The notes under the pieces: generated by a model
The model's input: only the letters and a program-made list of their open reading frames with translations
Told to the model about the DNA's origin: nothing
The model's database searches: none
From: Thermoanaerobaculia bacterium
GTDB taxonomy: Bacteria > Acidobacteriota > Thermoanaerobaculia > Multivoradales > Multivoraceae
Assembly: GCA_963664405.1 (NCBI GenBank)
Contig: OY761158.1
Location: 576,001 to 640,000, forward strand
Length of the DNA: 64,000 nucleotides
Reading direction: 5' to 3'
In this document: positions 1 to 10,577 of the stretch, piece after piece
How the letters are laid out: each line of letters begins with the position of its first letter
Position numbering within the stretch: position 1 is the first letter of the stretch
Made by a program: the position numbers and the translations under genes

Positions 1-503
1 GCACCTACCTCAACCACGAGTTCTTCTCACATCTCTTCCGCACGATGCCAGACCAGGCGGAGTTGGTCATTGCCGAAAGGGAAGGTCGCACGATCGCCGG
101 CGCAATCAACCTCGCCTCCCAGACTCACCTCTTCGGACGTTACTGGGGATGCCTCGAAGAGCACCGATTCCTCCATTTCAACGTGGGTCTCTACCATTCC
201 ATCGCCGAATGCATCGCGCACTCGAGGCAGGTCTTCGAAGGAGGAGCTGGGGGCGAGCACAAATTGGCTCGCGGCTTCGACCCCACCCTCGTCTACACCG
301 GCTATCTCTTCCTCGACGAGGCCTTCCACGACGCAGTGAGCCGTTACTTCAGCGCAGAAACTGCGTCGCGAGAACAAGAACTGGGCCGTTGGCACGCTCA
401 GAAGAAAGCACGAGCAGCTTCGCCTACCGCCGAAGCCCAAGGCATGCGAAAACAGTCACGCGGGATCTGGTTTCCCACCGGCTTTGCGATCGTGAAAAAA
501 TGA
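1..503 (+). CDS. GNAT/FemAB-like protein (DUF482 family), 5'-partial
   Basis: Motifs LFGRYWG, FLHFNVGLYHSI, FEGGAGGEHKLARGF; ORF runs off the window start; such genes are often found near clpS/clpA. Confidence 0.8.
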   Translation, partial: TYLNHEFFSHLFRTMPDQAELVIAEREGRTIAGAINLASQTHLFGRYWGCLEEHRFLHFNVGLYHSIAECIAHSRQVFEGGAGGEHKLARGFDPTLVYTGYLFLDEAFHDAVSRYFSAETASREQELGRWHAQKKARAASPTAEAQGMRKQSRGIWFPTGFAIVKK

Positions 504-859
504 GCCTGAAGCGCAAGGGAGATGCGGAGAGCCAAGTTCTTCCGCGAACTCGCACCAAAAAGAAGCTCAAGAGGCCACCACTCTACAAAGTCCTCTTCCA
601 CAATGACGATTACACACCGATGGAGTTCGTCGTATTGCTGCTGACCTCTATCTTCGGCCGCTCGGAGGTCGAGGCGACAGAAATCATGCTTCACGTCCAC
701 AACAATGGCCTGGGAGTCGCGGGCATCTACCCCTTCGCCATCGCCGAGACCAAGGTCACTGAGGCCTCGGCGGCGGCGGAAAAATCGCAGTACCCCCTGT
801 TGGTGACGATGGAGCCGGCTGACGACGGCGAGGACGCGGAGGGCCCTTCTTCTTCATGA
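500..859 (+). CDS. clpS: ATP-dependent Clp protease adaptor ClpS
   Basis: PPLYKVLFHNDDYTPMEFVV...MLHVHNNG...AETKV; ATG at 500 overlaps upstream TGA (ATGA). Confidence 0.95.
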   Translation: MSLKRKGDAESQVLPRTRTKKKLKRPPLYKVLFHNDDYTPMEFVVLLLTSIFGRSEVEATEIMLHVHNNGLGVAGIYPFAIAETKVTEASAAAEKSQYPLLVTMEPADDGEDAEGPSSS

Positions 860-3144
860 ACATCACCGACGAGCTACGCGCGACTCTCGAGTCCGCATTC
901 GACGAGGCAAGGGCCCGGCGCCATGAGTACGTGACCCTCGAGCATCTCCTCCTCGCGCTGTGCGGGAGCTTAGAAGGCCTCACCATTTTCAAGGCCACCG
1001 GCGTCAGCGTTGATGATCTGCTGGAAGACATCGAAGGCTACCTCCAAGAGAACTTCGCCGCCGTCCCCAACGAAGACGAGCTCGAGCCTCGCCAAACGGT
1101 TGCCTTCTGGCGGGTTCTGCAGCGGGCGGCGATGCACGTTCAAAGCTCTGGGAAGGGTGAGATCGGCGCCGGCAATGTGCTCGCGTCGATTTTCCGCGAG
1201 GAAGAATCCCACGCCGTCTATCTGCTCAAGAAGTACGGGCTGACCCGGCTCGACATCACCCGCTATCTGTCGCACGGCGTGGCCAAGCCACAGGCCCTCG
1301 AGTCTCGGTCATCAAGCGATCCGGACAGCGAAAGCGACGGCGAAGAAGTGTTCGAGGACGAAGTCGCTGAAGACCCGCTCGAGGCCTTCACCACCGACTT
1401 GGTGGAGCGCGCATCACGAGGCGGAATCGACCCCCTCGTGGGCAGGAAGAACGAGCTCCTGCTGGTCAGCCAAACCCTCGCGAGGCGGCGCAAGAACAAT
1501 CCTGTCCTGGTCGGTGACCCGGGCGTTGGCAAGACAGCGATTATCGAGGGACTGGCTCTTGCCATCCTCGAGGGCAACGTGCCCGACTTTCTCAGTGACG
1601 CTCGAATCTACTCTCTCGATATGGGCGCGGTGCTGGCAGGAACTCGCTATCGGGGCGACTTCGAAGAGCGCCTCAAAGCCGTCATCCAGGCGATCGTGGA
1701 GCAACCGAAGTCGATCCTCTTCATCGACGAGATCCACACCATTGTCGGCGCCGGAGCGACCAGTGGCGGAACTCTCGATGCTTCTAACCTGCTCAAGCCC
1801 GCCTTGGCGTCGGGCGAGCTACGGTGTATCGGCTCGACCACCTATTCCGAGTTCAAAGCTTCCTTCCAAAGGGATCGTGCCCTGGCGCGGCGCTTCGAGA
1901 GAATCGACATCGACGAGGCTTCGGTCGACGACTCGATCAAAGTCCTCAAGGGCCTACGTGATCGCTACGAGGATCACCACGAAGTCCGCTACGAGAACGC
2001 GGCACTGACCACTGCGGCGGAGCTCGCGGCCAAGTACATCAACGAGCGGCGCCTGCCCGACAAGGCGATCGACGTCATCGACCAGGCAGGAGCCGCCAAT
2101 CGTCTCCTACCCAAGAGCCGCCGCAAGAAGAGACTCAACTCCTCGGACATCGAGGCCATCGTCGCCAAGCTCGCACAGATCCCGGAAAAGAACATTTCGC
2201 GCTCCGACAAGGAGGCGCTCGGCGAGCTCGAGAAGGAGCTCAAGAAGGTCATCTTTGGACAAGACAAGGCGATCGACACCCTTGCCGGCGCGATCAAGCT
2301 CTCCCGGGCCGGTCTAGGGCCAGAGGAGCGACCGATCGGCTCCTTCTTGTTCTCAGGCCCTACTGGAGTCGGGAAGACCGAATTGGCCAAGCAGCTCGCC
2401 GAGGCGATGGGCATCCGCTTCATTCGCTTCGACATGTCGGAGTACATGGAGAGGCACACCGTCTCGAGGCTCATCGGCGCGCCTCCCGGCTATGTGGGTT
2501 TCGACCAGGGCGGGCTTCTGACCGATGCCGTCCGTCGCACTCCACACGCCGTGCTCTTGCTTGACGAGATCGAGAAGGCGCACCCGGACGTCTTCAACAT
2601 TCTGTTGCAGGTAATGGACCACGCAACCCTCACCGACAACAACGGCAACAAGGCGGACTTCCGCCACGTCATTCTGTTGATGACCACCAATGCCGGAGGG
2701 CGCGAGCTCACCTCCGGCGGCCTCGGCTTCGCCGGCTCCACCACTTCCACAAGAGTGAAGTCCCAGGAATCTATCGAGCGATTCTTCAGTCCGGAATTTC
2801 GCAACCGGCTCGACGCATGGGTCGTCTTCGAGCCACTCGAAGGCGATTCGGTGACTCTCATCGTCGACAAACTGATCGCGGAGCTCAAGCAGCAGTTGGT
2901 CGCAAAGAAAGTAGAGATCGAGCTCAGCGAAGCGGCCAGGCGTTGGCTCGCAGAAAAGGGCTACGACGCCAGCTTCGGTGCTCGACCCATGAGTCGGCTG
3001 ATCGAGCGCGAGATCAGGCGCCCCCTGGTCGATAAGATCCTGTTCGGAGAGCTGGAGAACGGGGGAACTCTGCGCATCGAGGCGCCGGCCGAAGAGGGAG
3101 AAGAAGAGCATCTAGTTCTGGTAGCGGAGCCGGTAGCGAGTTGA
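856..3144 (+). CDS. clpA: ATP-dependent Clp protease ATP-binding subunit ClpA
   Basis: Clp N domain ([13 protein letters not shown]); two AAA+ modules ([16 protein letters not shown]); no long M-domain; follows clpS. Confidence 0.95.
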   Translation: MNITDELRATLESAFDEARARRHEYVTLEHLLLALCGSLEGLTIFKATGVSVDDLLEDIEGYLQENFAAVPNEDELEPRQTVAFWRVLQRAAMHVQSSGKGEIGAGNVLASIFREEESHAVYLLKKYGLTRLDITRYLSHGVAKPQALESRSSSDPDSESDGEEVFEDEVAEDPLEAFTTDLVERASRGGIDPLVGRKNELLLVSQTLARRRKNNPVLVGDPGVGKTAIIEGLALAILEGNVPDFLSDARIYSLDMGAVLAGTRYRGDFEERLKAVIQAIVEQPKSILFIDEIHTIVGAGATSGGTLDASNLLKPALASGELRCIGSTTYSEFKASFQRDRALARRFERIDIDEASVDDSIKVLKGLRDRYEDHHEVRYENAALTTAAELAAKYINERRLPDKAIDVIDQAGAANRLLPKSRRKKRLNSSDIEAIVAKLAQIPEKNISRSDKEALGELEKELKKVIFGQDKAIDTLAGAIKLSRAGLGPEERPIGSFLFSGPTGVGKTELAKQLAEAMGIRFIRFDMSEYMERHTVSRLIGAPPGYVGFDQGGLLTDAVRRTPHAVLLLDEIEKAHPDVFNILLQVMDHATLTDNNGNKADFRHVILLMTTNAGGRELTSGGLGFAGSTTSTRVKSQESIERFFSPEFRNRLDAWVVFEPLEGDSVTLIVDKLIAELKQQLVAKKVEIELSEAARRWLAEKGYDASFGARPMSRLIEREIRRPLVDKILFGELENGGTLRIEAPAEEGEEEHLVLVAEPVAS

Positions 3145-3371
3145 AACGGGCCTGGGCGTTAAAGAGCCTGGACCTGTCGAGCACAATGTGGCAAAATCGC
3201 CCGCCTGGGAACGTCCACGTGCCCAGGTAGATAGCAACTGAGGATTGAACTCATCGCAACGATCTCCGGCCTCCGCTCCTCATCTCACTTCCACTAAGGT
3301 AGGGCCTCCTTTCGAGCGGGTCGTGGTACGCGAGCAGAAGCCGGCAAGACGTAAGCGAACGGAGGAGTCAG

Positions 3372-3971
3372 TTGAACTACACCGGACCCAAAATCAGGCT
3401 TTCGCGCAAGCTCGGCATCTCCCTGACGCCGAAGGCCGATAAGTATCTAGAGAAGAAGCCGTACCCGCCCGGCGCCCATGGTTTTCGCCGGCGTCGGCGC
3501 TTGAGCCCTTATGGGACCCAGCTGATCGAAAAGCAGCGGCTTCGCTTTCAGTACAACGTGACTGAGCGCCAGATGCGCAACTACTTCGCCCGAGCCGCTC
3601 GGCGCAAGGGAACAACCGGTGACACCTTGGTACAGATGCTCGAAAGCCGCCTCGACGCTCTCGTGCTTCGCGCTCGCCTCGCTCGCACGATCTATCAGGC
3701 GCGTCAGGTAGTGACCCATCGGCACATCCTGGTCAACGGCAAGATTGCCAAGAGCCCTGCCTACCAATTGCGCCCCGGTGACACCGTCTCGGTGAAGGAG
3801 TCGAGCCGCAAGCTTCGCTGCTTCAACGAAGGGGTGATGACTACTGCGCTGCCGCCCTATTTGAGTGTCGACGACACCGGCTACACCGCAGAGCTCTCCT
3901 ATGCGCCTCCGCGCAACGAAGTGCCGGTCGTCTGCGACGTGCAGCTCGTCGTAGAGTTCTACAGCCGTTAG
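3372..3971 (+). CDS. rpsD: 30S ribosomal protein S4
   Basis: YTGPKIRLSRK, EKQRLRFQY, LESRLDALV, QARQVVTHRH, LVVEFYSR; TTG start after GGAGG RBS. Confidence 0.95.
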   Translation: MNYTGPKIRLSRKLGISLTPKADKYLEKKPYPPGAHGFRRRRRLSPYGTQLIEKQRLRFQYNVTERQMRNYFARAARRKGTTGDTLVQMLESRLDALVLRARLARTIYQARQVVTHRHILVNGKIAKSPAYQLRPGDTVSVKESSRKLRCFNEGVMTTALPPYLSVDDTGYTAELSYAPPRNEVPVVCDVQLVVEFYSR

Positions 3972-3981
3972 GCCGCGCTCG

Positions 3982-4740
3982 CTACGGTTTCACTAGGCGA
4001 CGGGCTGCGATGACAGCCTTCATCGCCAGCTGTGTATCTGTGCCTACGGGCAAGAATCGCCAGCCCTCGGCGGCGCGGCGCGCAGCTTCCTCGGGGCCGG
4101 CGGTGAAGATCCCCGGCGCCACGCCGTGCCTCTGACAACCCTCGAGTACCTGGGTGCAGAGCGCTTGATGGCCTGGGTCGGGATGATCCGCCCGCGGCGG
4201 CAAGCCCATGTCCAAAGCCAGGTCCGTAGGACCGATCATCACTCCGTCAATCCCCTCTACCGAGAGAATTTCATCGATCCTTTCGACTGCGGCTACCGTC
4301 TCGATCTGGATGATGCAAGCGATCTCGTCGTTGGCGTGGGCCGCATAGTCGCGCCCGCCGTAGAGCGCACCGCGCCAAGGGCCAAAGCCTCTCTGCCCGA
4401 CCGGCGGGTATCGGCAGGCGGCCACCGCCTGCTGTGCTTCTTCCCGGGTGTTCACCCAAGGAATGACCACACCGTAGGCACCGGCATCGAGGACGCGCTT
4501 GATCTCGACCGCATCGTTCCACTGCACGCGAGCCAGGGGGATCACGTCTGTGGTCGAGATCGCTTGAAACATCTGCACCATGGTCGGAAGGTCCACAGGA
4601 CTGTGCTCGCCATCCACCAATAGCCAGTCGAATCCGACCGACGCGATCTGCTCGGTGAGAAGGGGGCTACAGGAGCCCAGCCATACGCCGAAGGCCGGCT
4701 TGCCCTCTTTCCACAGTTGCTTCACTACGTTGGGGCGCAT
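3982..4740 (-). CDS. HpcH/HpaI-family aldolase
   Basis: GFDWLLVDGEH, KRVLDAGAYG, IQIET, IGPTDL. Confidence 0.9.
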   Translation of the reverse strand: MRPNVVKQLWKEGKPAFGVWLGSCSPLLTEQIASVGFDWLLVDGEHSPVDLPTMVQMFQAISTTDVIPLARVQWNDAVEIKRVLDAGAYGVVIPWVNTREEAQQAVAACRYPPVGQRGFGPWRGALYGGRDYAAHANDEIACIIQIETVAAVERIDEILSVEGIDGVMIGPTDLALDMGLPPRADHPDPGHQALCTQVLEGCQRHGVAPGIFTAGPEEAARRAAEGWRFLPVGTDTQLAMKAVIAARRLVKP

Positions 4741-4795
4741 ACCAGCATTCTCCTTCTTGTCTCTATGGGTGGGGGCGAATCATAGAATACTCTGC

Positions 4796-4962
4796 CTAGT
4801 GTCCCGTGCGGGAAGTTCGTTGCCATTCGAGCGCCGATGCATCCCGCTGGGCGGCGTTGCTCCTCGTCGACAGAGTCCCAGCTATGCCTGCCTCGGAGCG
4901 CCTTGCCCAGCGGGCGCCTCGACGCTCTCGGTGGTCAACGAACTTCCCACACGGGACACTAG
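4796..4962 (-). repeat. CTAG-bounded ~167-bp palindromic element, copy 1 (core on - strand)
   Basis: ctagtgtcccgtgcgggaagttcgttg ... caacgaacttcccacacgggacactag; core is reverse complement of CAAGGCGC...GCAGGCATAG. Confidence 0.85.
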
Positions 4963-4979
4963 CGACAAAGGAGACACGC

Positions 4980-5294
4980 AGGATCCGGCGAGTGGTCGCA
5001 GTCAAGCTCAAAGAGGCCTACTCCAACCCTGATGATCGCGCCGTGGCGGCGGGTCACACGCGAGAGGTCCTGGCAGCGGCGCCCGGAGTTCGCGAAATCG
5101 AGGTCGACACTCCAGCCGACGCCACCACGGAGCGGTCTTGGGACTTGCTGATCCTGCTCAGCTTCGACAGCATGACTGCTGTCGAAGAGTACCGAGCTCA
5201 TCCGCTGCATCGCCAATACCTGGATGTCTTCCTGAGACCCATGCTCGAAGTGATCAAAGTCTGGAACTTCGAGCAGCTCGAGACCCCGTACTAG
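4980..5294 (+). CDS. Dabb (stress-responsive A/B barrel) protein
   Basis: IRRVVAVKLK...WDLLILLSFDS...YRAHPLH; AAGGAG RBS precedes an AGG codon at 4980 (alternative GTG at 4992). Confidence 0.75.
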   Translation, partial: RIRRVVAVKLKEAYSNPDDRAVAAGHTREVLAAAPGVREIEVDTPADATTERSWDLLILLSFDSMTAVEEYRAHPLHRQYLDVFLRPMLEVIKVWNFEQLETPY

Positions 5295-5301
5295 GCGCTC
5301 C

Positions 5302-5706
5302 TTACTTCAAAGGCCTCCCACGCTGCACGAACTGAAGCGGCGCACCTTCGGGATCGCGGAAGAACAACAACTTGTTCTCACCCATCGTCGCCGGCTCTCC
5401 CTCCATCTCGACCCCTGCGGCTGCCAGCCCGGCTACGGCTTCATCCATGTCTTCCACATCGAACGCCAAATGGACGTGAGCGGTACTGATGTCGCCCAGC
5501 TGCGCTGTGTCACCCGCGGGCATGGGAATGATCTCGATAAAACCGGTCCCGGCTGGGTCCTTGAGAAAAAAGATATGCGCTCCGATCGTCGGATGCACAA
5601 ATTTCACAGCGACTTCAAACCCCAGTACGTCGCAGTACCACTGCGCTGCCGCATCCGTGTCTCGATAAGCCACAGCAACGTGCTCCAGCGAGCCGATCTT
5701 GATCAT
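5302..5706 (-). CDS. VOC/glyoxalase family protein
   Basis: LEHVAVAYRD...WYCDVLGF, HLAFDVEDMD, FFRDPEG; AAAAGGAG RBS. Confidence 0.9.
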   Translation of the reverse strand: MIKIGSLEHVAVAYRDTDAAAQWYCDVLGFEVAVKFVHPTIGAHIFFLKDPAGTGFIEIIPMPAGDTAQLGDISTAHVHLAFDVEDMDEAVAGLAAAGVEMEGEPATMGENKLLFFRDPEGAPLQFVQRGRPLK

Positions 5707-5901
5707 CAGGGACTCCTTTTCAAAGTGCTCTTCGGAGCCCGAGAGACTAGCACGCCAAGACTGCGACAAGCTGAGCTCCAGTCGCTTCAAATTCAGATAG
5801 CGCCATCCCCTCGCAAAACCCATCAAAGAGCGCTGAAAGTGTTTTCAGCGAGGGTTCTGCCCCCCGAGCGCGTCTAAGGGGGTAGGAAGGGAGAATGATC
5901 G

Positions 5902-6498
5902 ATGAACATGTTGAATCCCTCGAGTACGTTGGTTTCGCGAAGTCAGACGAGGCCGGCCGAGAGGCGCAAGCTCTGGCGCAAGCGGGGTAGAAATATCCGT
6001 GGGCTCGCCTTCGACTCCTCAGGAGGTCGTCTGTGTATCGGTTTCCGTACTCCCCTGTTCGACGACAAAGCTCTGTTGGTCGCACTCGAACGTCGCCGGC
6101 GAGCCTTCATGGGCATGAAGGAGCGCGACCCCCAAAACGAGCTGGTGCTTCTCGATCTCGACGGTGACGGCATCCGTGACCTAGCTCACTGCTCTAGTCT
6201 CGGAGGCTGGCTCATACTCAGCCAACGCGAGGCCCAGAAGCGCCGGCGCTGCAAGCTATGGCTGTGGAGCGGCGATCCGTCCGCCAGACCCAAGAGAGTG
6301 CGGGTTAGCGGCAGCGACCATCTCGACCGGGCCGAGGGGATTACACCCTTGACGCTCGCCGGCAAGCAGAAGCTCCTGCTCGGAAGAGGCGATGCTGACT
6401 TGGTTCACCAACCCGGAGCAAAGGGTCGCATTATAGACTTCAGCGAGCTACGAGTCGAAAGCGAGGAGTCGGCTCAGAGACAAGCCGCCGGTCTATGA
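5902..6498 (+). CDS. DUF3616-like beta-propeller fragment, probably degenerate
   Basis: NIRGLA...IGFRTPL...LDLDGDGIRDLA...LWLWSG...AEGIT; N-terminus looks truncated. Confidence 0.5.
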   Translation: MNMLNPSSTLVSRSQTRPAERRKLWRKRGRNIRGLAFDSSGGRLCIGFRTPLFDDKALLVALERRRRAFMGMKERDPQNELVLLDLDGDGIRDLAHCSSLGGWLILSQREAQKRRRCKLWLWSGDPSARPKRVRVSGSDHLDRAEGITPLTLAGKQKLLLGRGDADLVHQPGAKGRIIDFSELRVESEESAQRQAAGL

Positions 6499-6510
6499 GA
6501 GTCAGCGGCC

Positions 6511-7233
6511 TCAGCCAAGGTGGCGGCGTAGGAGAGCATGCACTCGCTCCCAGTGCAGTTCGGAGGCCGCCCGGTTGTAGCGCTCACCCCCCGGCGCGTA
6601 CCCGTGAAGAGCCTCCTCCAACCAATCGAGAGTGTAGGTGATGCCGGCCGCATCGAGGGCCTCGCGCATCACCGGCACGTGCTCGGCGGGCGCGGTCGGA
6701 TCGTTGTCACACCAACCGAAGTAAACCTCGGCCTTGACCGAGTCCAGGCCCAGATGCGGCGAGTCGGGCGTGTCCCTAACCAGCCAAGCGCCGTGAATCG
6801 AAGCCACGGCCGCGACTCGTTCGGGCATAGCTCTGGCCAGGGAGATCACTAGGCCGCCGCTCATACAGAAACCGACGGCCCCAATCTTCCCGCCCGCAGC
6901 CGCCGGGTCATCGCCCGCCACTGCCAAGAGCGCTTCGGCGTCGCTGATGATGTTGGTGGGTGTCACCGTCCCCATCAGATCTCTTCTAACGTGCATATCC
7001 TCGTCACTTTGACCGAACTCTCGGAACGGCCCGCCGCGGTAAAACAGGTACGGCATCATCACGTAGTACCCGGCGCTAGCGAGTCGCGAGGCCATCTCCT
7101 TGAGGGCGGGTCGGATGCTGGGGGCGTCCATCAAGTAGAGCACGACCGGGTGCGGCCCTCCGTGCTCGGGGTGGTAGATGAAGGTCTTCATATCGCCTTC
7201 GGTTGTCGTGATATCCAGCTCGCGGTCAATCAT
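6511..7233 (-). CDS. Dienelactone hydrolase family protein
   Basis: GAVGFCMSG nucleophile motif, HGYA, ASELHWER. Confidence 0.9.
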   Translation of the reverse strand: MIDRELDITTTEGDMKTFIYHPEHGGPHPVVLYLMDAPSIRPALKEMASRLASAGYYVMMPYLFYRGGPFREFGQSDEDMHVRRDLMGTVTPTNIISDAEALLAVAGDDPAAAGGKIGAVGFCMSGGLVISLARAMPERVAAVASIHGAWLVRDTPDSPHLGLDSVKAEVYFGWCDNDPTAPAEHVPVMREALDAAGITYTLDWLEEALHGYAPGGERYNRAASELHWERVHALLRRHLG

Positions 7234-7313
7234 GCCGTCATCATCTCATGTGCAGATCGTAAAGACAGGCCGCTGCCAATCAAGAGAAACGTCGATGTTA
7301 GTGTTCGCCGAAT

Positions 7314-8102
7314 ATGACGAACCTAAAGGGAAAAACTGCACTCGTCACTGGAGCAAGCCGAGGCATTGGCGAAGCGAGCGCCAGGGCCCTCGACGCCGCC
7401 GGGGCGCGCGTACTACTCTCCGGCCGCACTGTCTCCGATCTCGAGCGAGTCGCCTCAGACCTAGACAACGAACCGGCCGTTTTCGAATCCGATCTCGCCC
7501 CGCCACGGGCAGGGACCGAGCTTGCAGAGCGAGTCCTCGCCGAGACGGGCGGCGTCGACATCCTGGTCAACAACGCCGGGATCGCGATGCGCCGTACACC
7601 GGACAAGTTGAGCGAAGAAGACTTCGACCTCGTCTTCTCGATCAACGTTCGGTCTCTTCTGATGCTGACTCTCGGCCTCGGCCCGGCGATGATCGAGCGC
7701 GGCGGGGGCTCGGTGATCAATATTTCGTCGATCGCGAGTCTGCGAGGGCCGATGGGAAGGGTGGCCTATGCCGGAACCAAAGGTGCCGTTGACGCGATGA
7801 CACGCGCACTGGCCGCCGATTGGGGACCCGATGGCATTCGTGTCAACGCGATCTGCCCTGGGCTCATCTCCACAGCAATCTGGGAAGAGAGTCGCAACAC
7901 GGTCCCCGGCCTCATAGAAGAGCTCGAAGAGCGCATCGCACTCAAACGTTGGGGCGACGGGAGTGACATCGCCGACGTGGTCGTCTTCTTCGCCTCCGAC
8001 GCCTCCCGCTACGTCACCGGCGAGGTGATGGCGGTCGACGGCGGCATGGCGCGAGTGGGCTCGGCACCGCGCAAAGGCGTCAAAGTCCCCGGGACGAGTT
8101 AG
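7314..8102 (+). CDS. SDR family oxidoreductase
   Basis: TGASRGIG, NNAG, YAGTK, RVNAICPG. Confidence 0.95.
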   Translation: MTNLKGKTALVTGASRGIGEASARALDAAGARVLLSGRTVSDLERVASDLDNEPAVFESDLAPPRAGTELAERVLAETGGVDILVNNAGIAMRRTPDKLSEEDFDLVFSINVRSLLMLTLGLGPAMIERGGGSVINISSIASLRGPMGRVAYAGTKGAVDAMTRALAADWGPDGIRVNAICPGLISTAIWEESRNTVPGLIEELEERIALKRWGDGSDIADVVVFFASDASRYVTGEVMAVDGGMARVGSAPRKGVKVPGTS

Positions 8103-8113
8103 ACCGGGACGGC

Positions 8114-8779
8114 TTACTTGAAACTGAGCCGACCGGTGCCCTCGCGCCAGCTCCAAAGTGCCTCGGAGCCTGAATCGTAGTCGGAGCGCTCGAAGTTCGC
8201 GACCCATCCCTCGCCGGGGCCCTCGGCGCCGAGGAGCGTCCAGGGTATGGAGAGGCTGGCGACCCAGAGCTCCAACTTGTCGTGATTGGGCTTCCCCGGG
8301 ACGAACATCGCTCCTTCGCCCACGACCATCGCCGACGTCTTCAACGGTTCGAGATCGGTCGCCGAAAGCCGGCTGAATCCTCCTTCTCGTGCTCGTCTGC
8401 CCCGCACCTGGCCCAAGGCCGAGAGCACGACGTCGACCCCATCACCCGAGGGAGATCTCAGCATTACTCGCACCTGGTCCTCCCCTGCCAGCCTGGATCC
8501 GGCGTCGACCACACTGGCGCTCAGCCGAGTGTCTTCACACTCGAAGCTCACTCGCAGCCCGTTGTCATCGTAGCCGACTCTCAGGCGGGTGCTGAGAGCC
8601 AACCCGCCGCCCTTCCGGAAGGCGATGCTCTTCGGGCGCAGGCTGGATGACATCGGCTTGATCGGGCCGTCGACGCGTTCGATGAGGAAGGGCTCCTCGT
8701 TCTGCGCCTCGGCACGAGGGCCAAAGGCGCATCCGGCGATGAGTGCTACGAGAGCGAAAGCGATTGTATGGTGGCGCAT
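8114..8779 (-). CDS. Secreted CBM9/DOMON-like protein
   Basis: Signal peptide; VGYDDNGLRVSFECED, WVASLSIPWTLL, WVANFER. Confidence 0.55.
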   Translation of the reverse strand: MRHHTIAFALVALIAGCAFGPRAEAQNEEPFLIERVDGPIKPMSSSLRPKSIAFRKGGGLALSTRLRVGYDDNGLRVSFECEDTRLSASVVDAGSRLAGEDQVRVMLRSPSGDGVDVVLSALGQVRGRRAREGGFSRLSATDLEPLKTSAMVVGEGAMFVPGKPNHDKLELWVASLSIPWTLLGAEGPGEGWVANFERSDYDSGSEALWSWREGTGRLSFK

Positions 8780-9002
8780 GGACCGGAGCTCCTGTGGACC
8801 AAGGCCGTGGATTGGCGGCACATCAGCCGAGGCTCAGAGCGAGTCGCCTCGAACCCTCATTCGATTGCGACTGACGAGTGTCGATTGTAGCCTCTATTGA
8901 AGAACCGTGGAGGTCGCCACATCGCGAAGATCACTCCGCCTGGAGAGGTAGTCATCACCAGTGCACCACCTCCTCGGCTCTGCGAAGTCGAGTCCTTCGT
9001 CA

Positions 9003-9169
9003 CGAGTACATGCGGCCATAAGTACGGGTACGTTTCGAACGTCGATGCGCCTCGCCAGCAAGACGCGCGACTGAGGCGTACCTGGGAGTACGTCGCAGGG
9101 AGCGCAACGCCGCTGGAGAGGATGCAGCGGCGTTCCAAACGTGCCCGTACTTGTGGCCACATGTACTAG
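9003..9169 (+). repeat. CTAG-type palindromic element, copy 2 (167 bp)
   Basis: cgagtacatgcggccataagtacgggtacg ... cgtgcccgtacttgtggccacatgtactag; core CAAGACGCG...GAGGCGTAcctgggagTACGTCG...GCAACGCCGC. Confidence 0.8.
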
Positions 9170-9244
9170 TAGCTTCCGTCGCAGTGTGGCTGTAGGACAA
9201 AAGATCTGTCCGTTTGCGATGACCCGGATGAGGAGATTAGACTG

Positions 9245-10375
9245 GTGAACCAATCCGTCTGGAGGTCCATGATGATGAAACTAAAGGCGAGCCTGCTCAC
9301 GGCAGCCGCCCTCGCTGTTGTAAGCGCACCGCCCCTAGTTGCAGAGGCCGACGGCATCGCACGCACGGCGAGCGGGCACCCGAATTTGTCGGGCACCTAC
9401 AACGCCGCCACCCTCACTCCTCTGGAGCGCCCAAGAGCGCTGGGCGAAAAGGCCTTCCTGACAATCGAGGAAGCCAAAGCTCTCGCCGACGAGGAGCGCG
9501 ACGTGATCTCCAGGGCCTCAGCGCAGTCGGACGCCAACCGAGAGGCGCCGGCCGAAGGCGGCGCAAAAGTCGTCGGCCTAGAGCACACCGCGACCGGAGG
9601 CAATGAGTTCGGTGCCGGCAACGTCGGCGGTTACAACTTCTTCTGGATCGACCGCGGCAGCGATGCCTTCGCTATCGACGGTCAGCTCCCGACGTCAATC
9701 ATCGTAGATCCGTCCAACGGACGCATGCCAGCCATGAGGCCGGCAGCAATGAGGGAGCTGATGGCCCGGTTCTCGAGCTTCCTCCGCCCCAACGATGGCA
9801 CCGCGTGGTGGGTCACTCAGGATGGGCCTGGCCCCTATGACGGGCCCGAGTCGCTCGCGGTCAGCGAGCGCTGCATTGTCGGCTTCACCGGCGCCGCGCC
9901 GACCCTTCCCAGCCTCTACAACAACTTCAAGAGAATCGTGCAGACCGACGATGACATCATGATCCTTATCGAGATGGTCCACGACGCGCGCCTCGTGCGC
10001 ATGAAATCCGAAGGGCGCCCCGCGACGCACTTACCACCCGGCGTGAACAAGTGGCTCGGCGACTCGATCGGCTGGTGGGAGGGCGACACGTTGGTCGTCG
10101 ACACCACCAACTTCCACCCCCAGGCGGCAATGCGCGGCGGCTCGGAAAACACCCACGTCGTCGAGCGCTTCATGATGCAGCCGGACGGCAACGTCGTCTA
10201 TCGCTTCACGGTCGAGGACGACGGGGTATGGACGGCGCCATGGACCGGTGAGTACATCTGGCGGGCGAGCGACGATCGCGTCTTCGAGTACGCCTGTCAC
10301 GAAGGAAACTACGCGATGGGTAACATCATGCGTGGAGCTCGGCTACTCGAAAAGGAAGCTCTAGAAGCGAACTAA
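9245..10375 (+). CDS. Secreted hypothetical protein (PNLSG...SERC...DSIGWWEGDTLVV...EYACHEGN family)
   Basis: Signal peptide; paralog of 12891..13910. Confidence 0.8.
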   Translation: MNQSVWRSMMMKLKASLLTAAALAVVSAPPLVAEADGIARTASGHPNLSGTYNAATLTPLERPRALGEKAFLTIEEAKALADEERDVISRASAQSDANREAPAEGGAKVVGLEHTATGGNEFGAGNVGGYNFFWIDRGSDAFAIDGQLPTSIIVDPSNGRMPAMRPAAMRELMARFSSFLRPNDGTAWWVTQDGPGPYDGPESLAVSERCIVGFTGAAPTLPSLYNNFKRIVQTDDDIMILIEMVHDARLVRMKSEGRPATHLPPGVNKWLGDSIGWWEGDTLVVDTTNFHPQAAMRGGSENTHVVERFMMQPDGNVVYRFTVEDDGVWTAPWTGEYIWRASDDRVFEYACHEGNYAMGNIMRGARLLEKEALEAN

Positions 10376-10577
10376 GTCGAAGCCGACGCGAGGCCGCGTG
10401 CTTAGCCTCGCATGTGAGCAGGAGCTCAGACAGCTCCCGGTGAGGAGCGGCAAGCCGCACTTCATACGCACTCATCTGACCTACGGTAGCAGTCGCGGCA
10501 GAGCGCAAGTACGGGCACTCCTGAGGCGGGCCGGAATCACGTGCCTTCCGATTCTCACAATCCTACTTGTCTCTAAG

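Noticed and set aside
8897-9200. Small ORFs with repeated TCGHKY motif
   Set aside because: Artefact of translating palindromic element copy 2 on both strands.
10380-10570. Group II intron domain V or other ncRNA
   Set aside because: Only weak hairpins; no convincing catalytic triad/domain VI and no RT.
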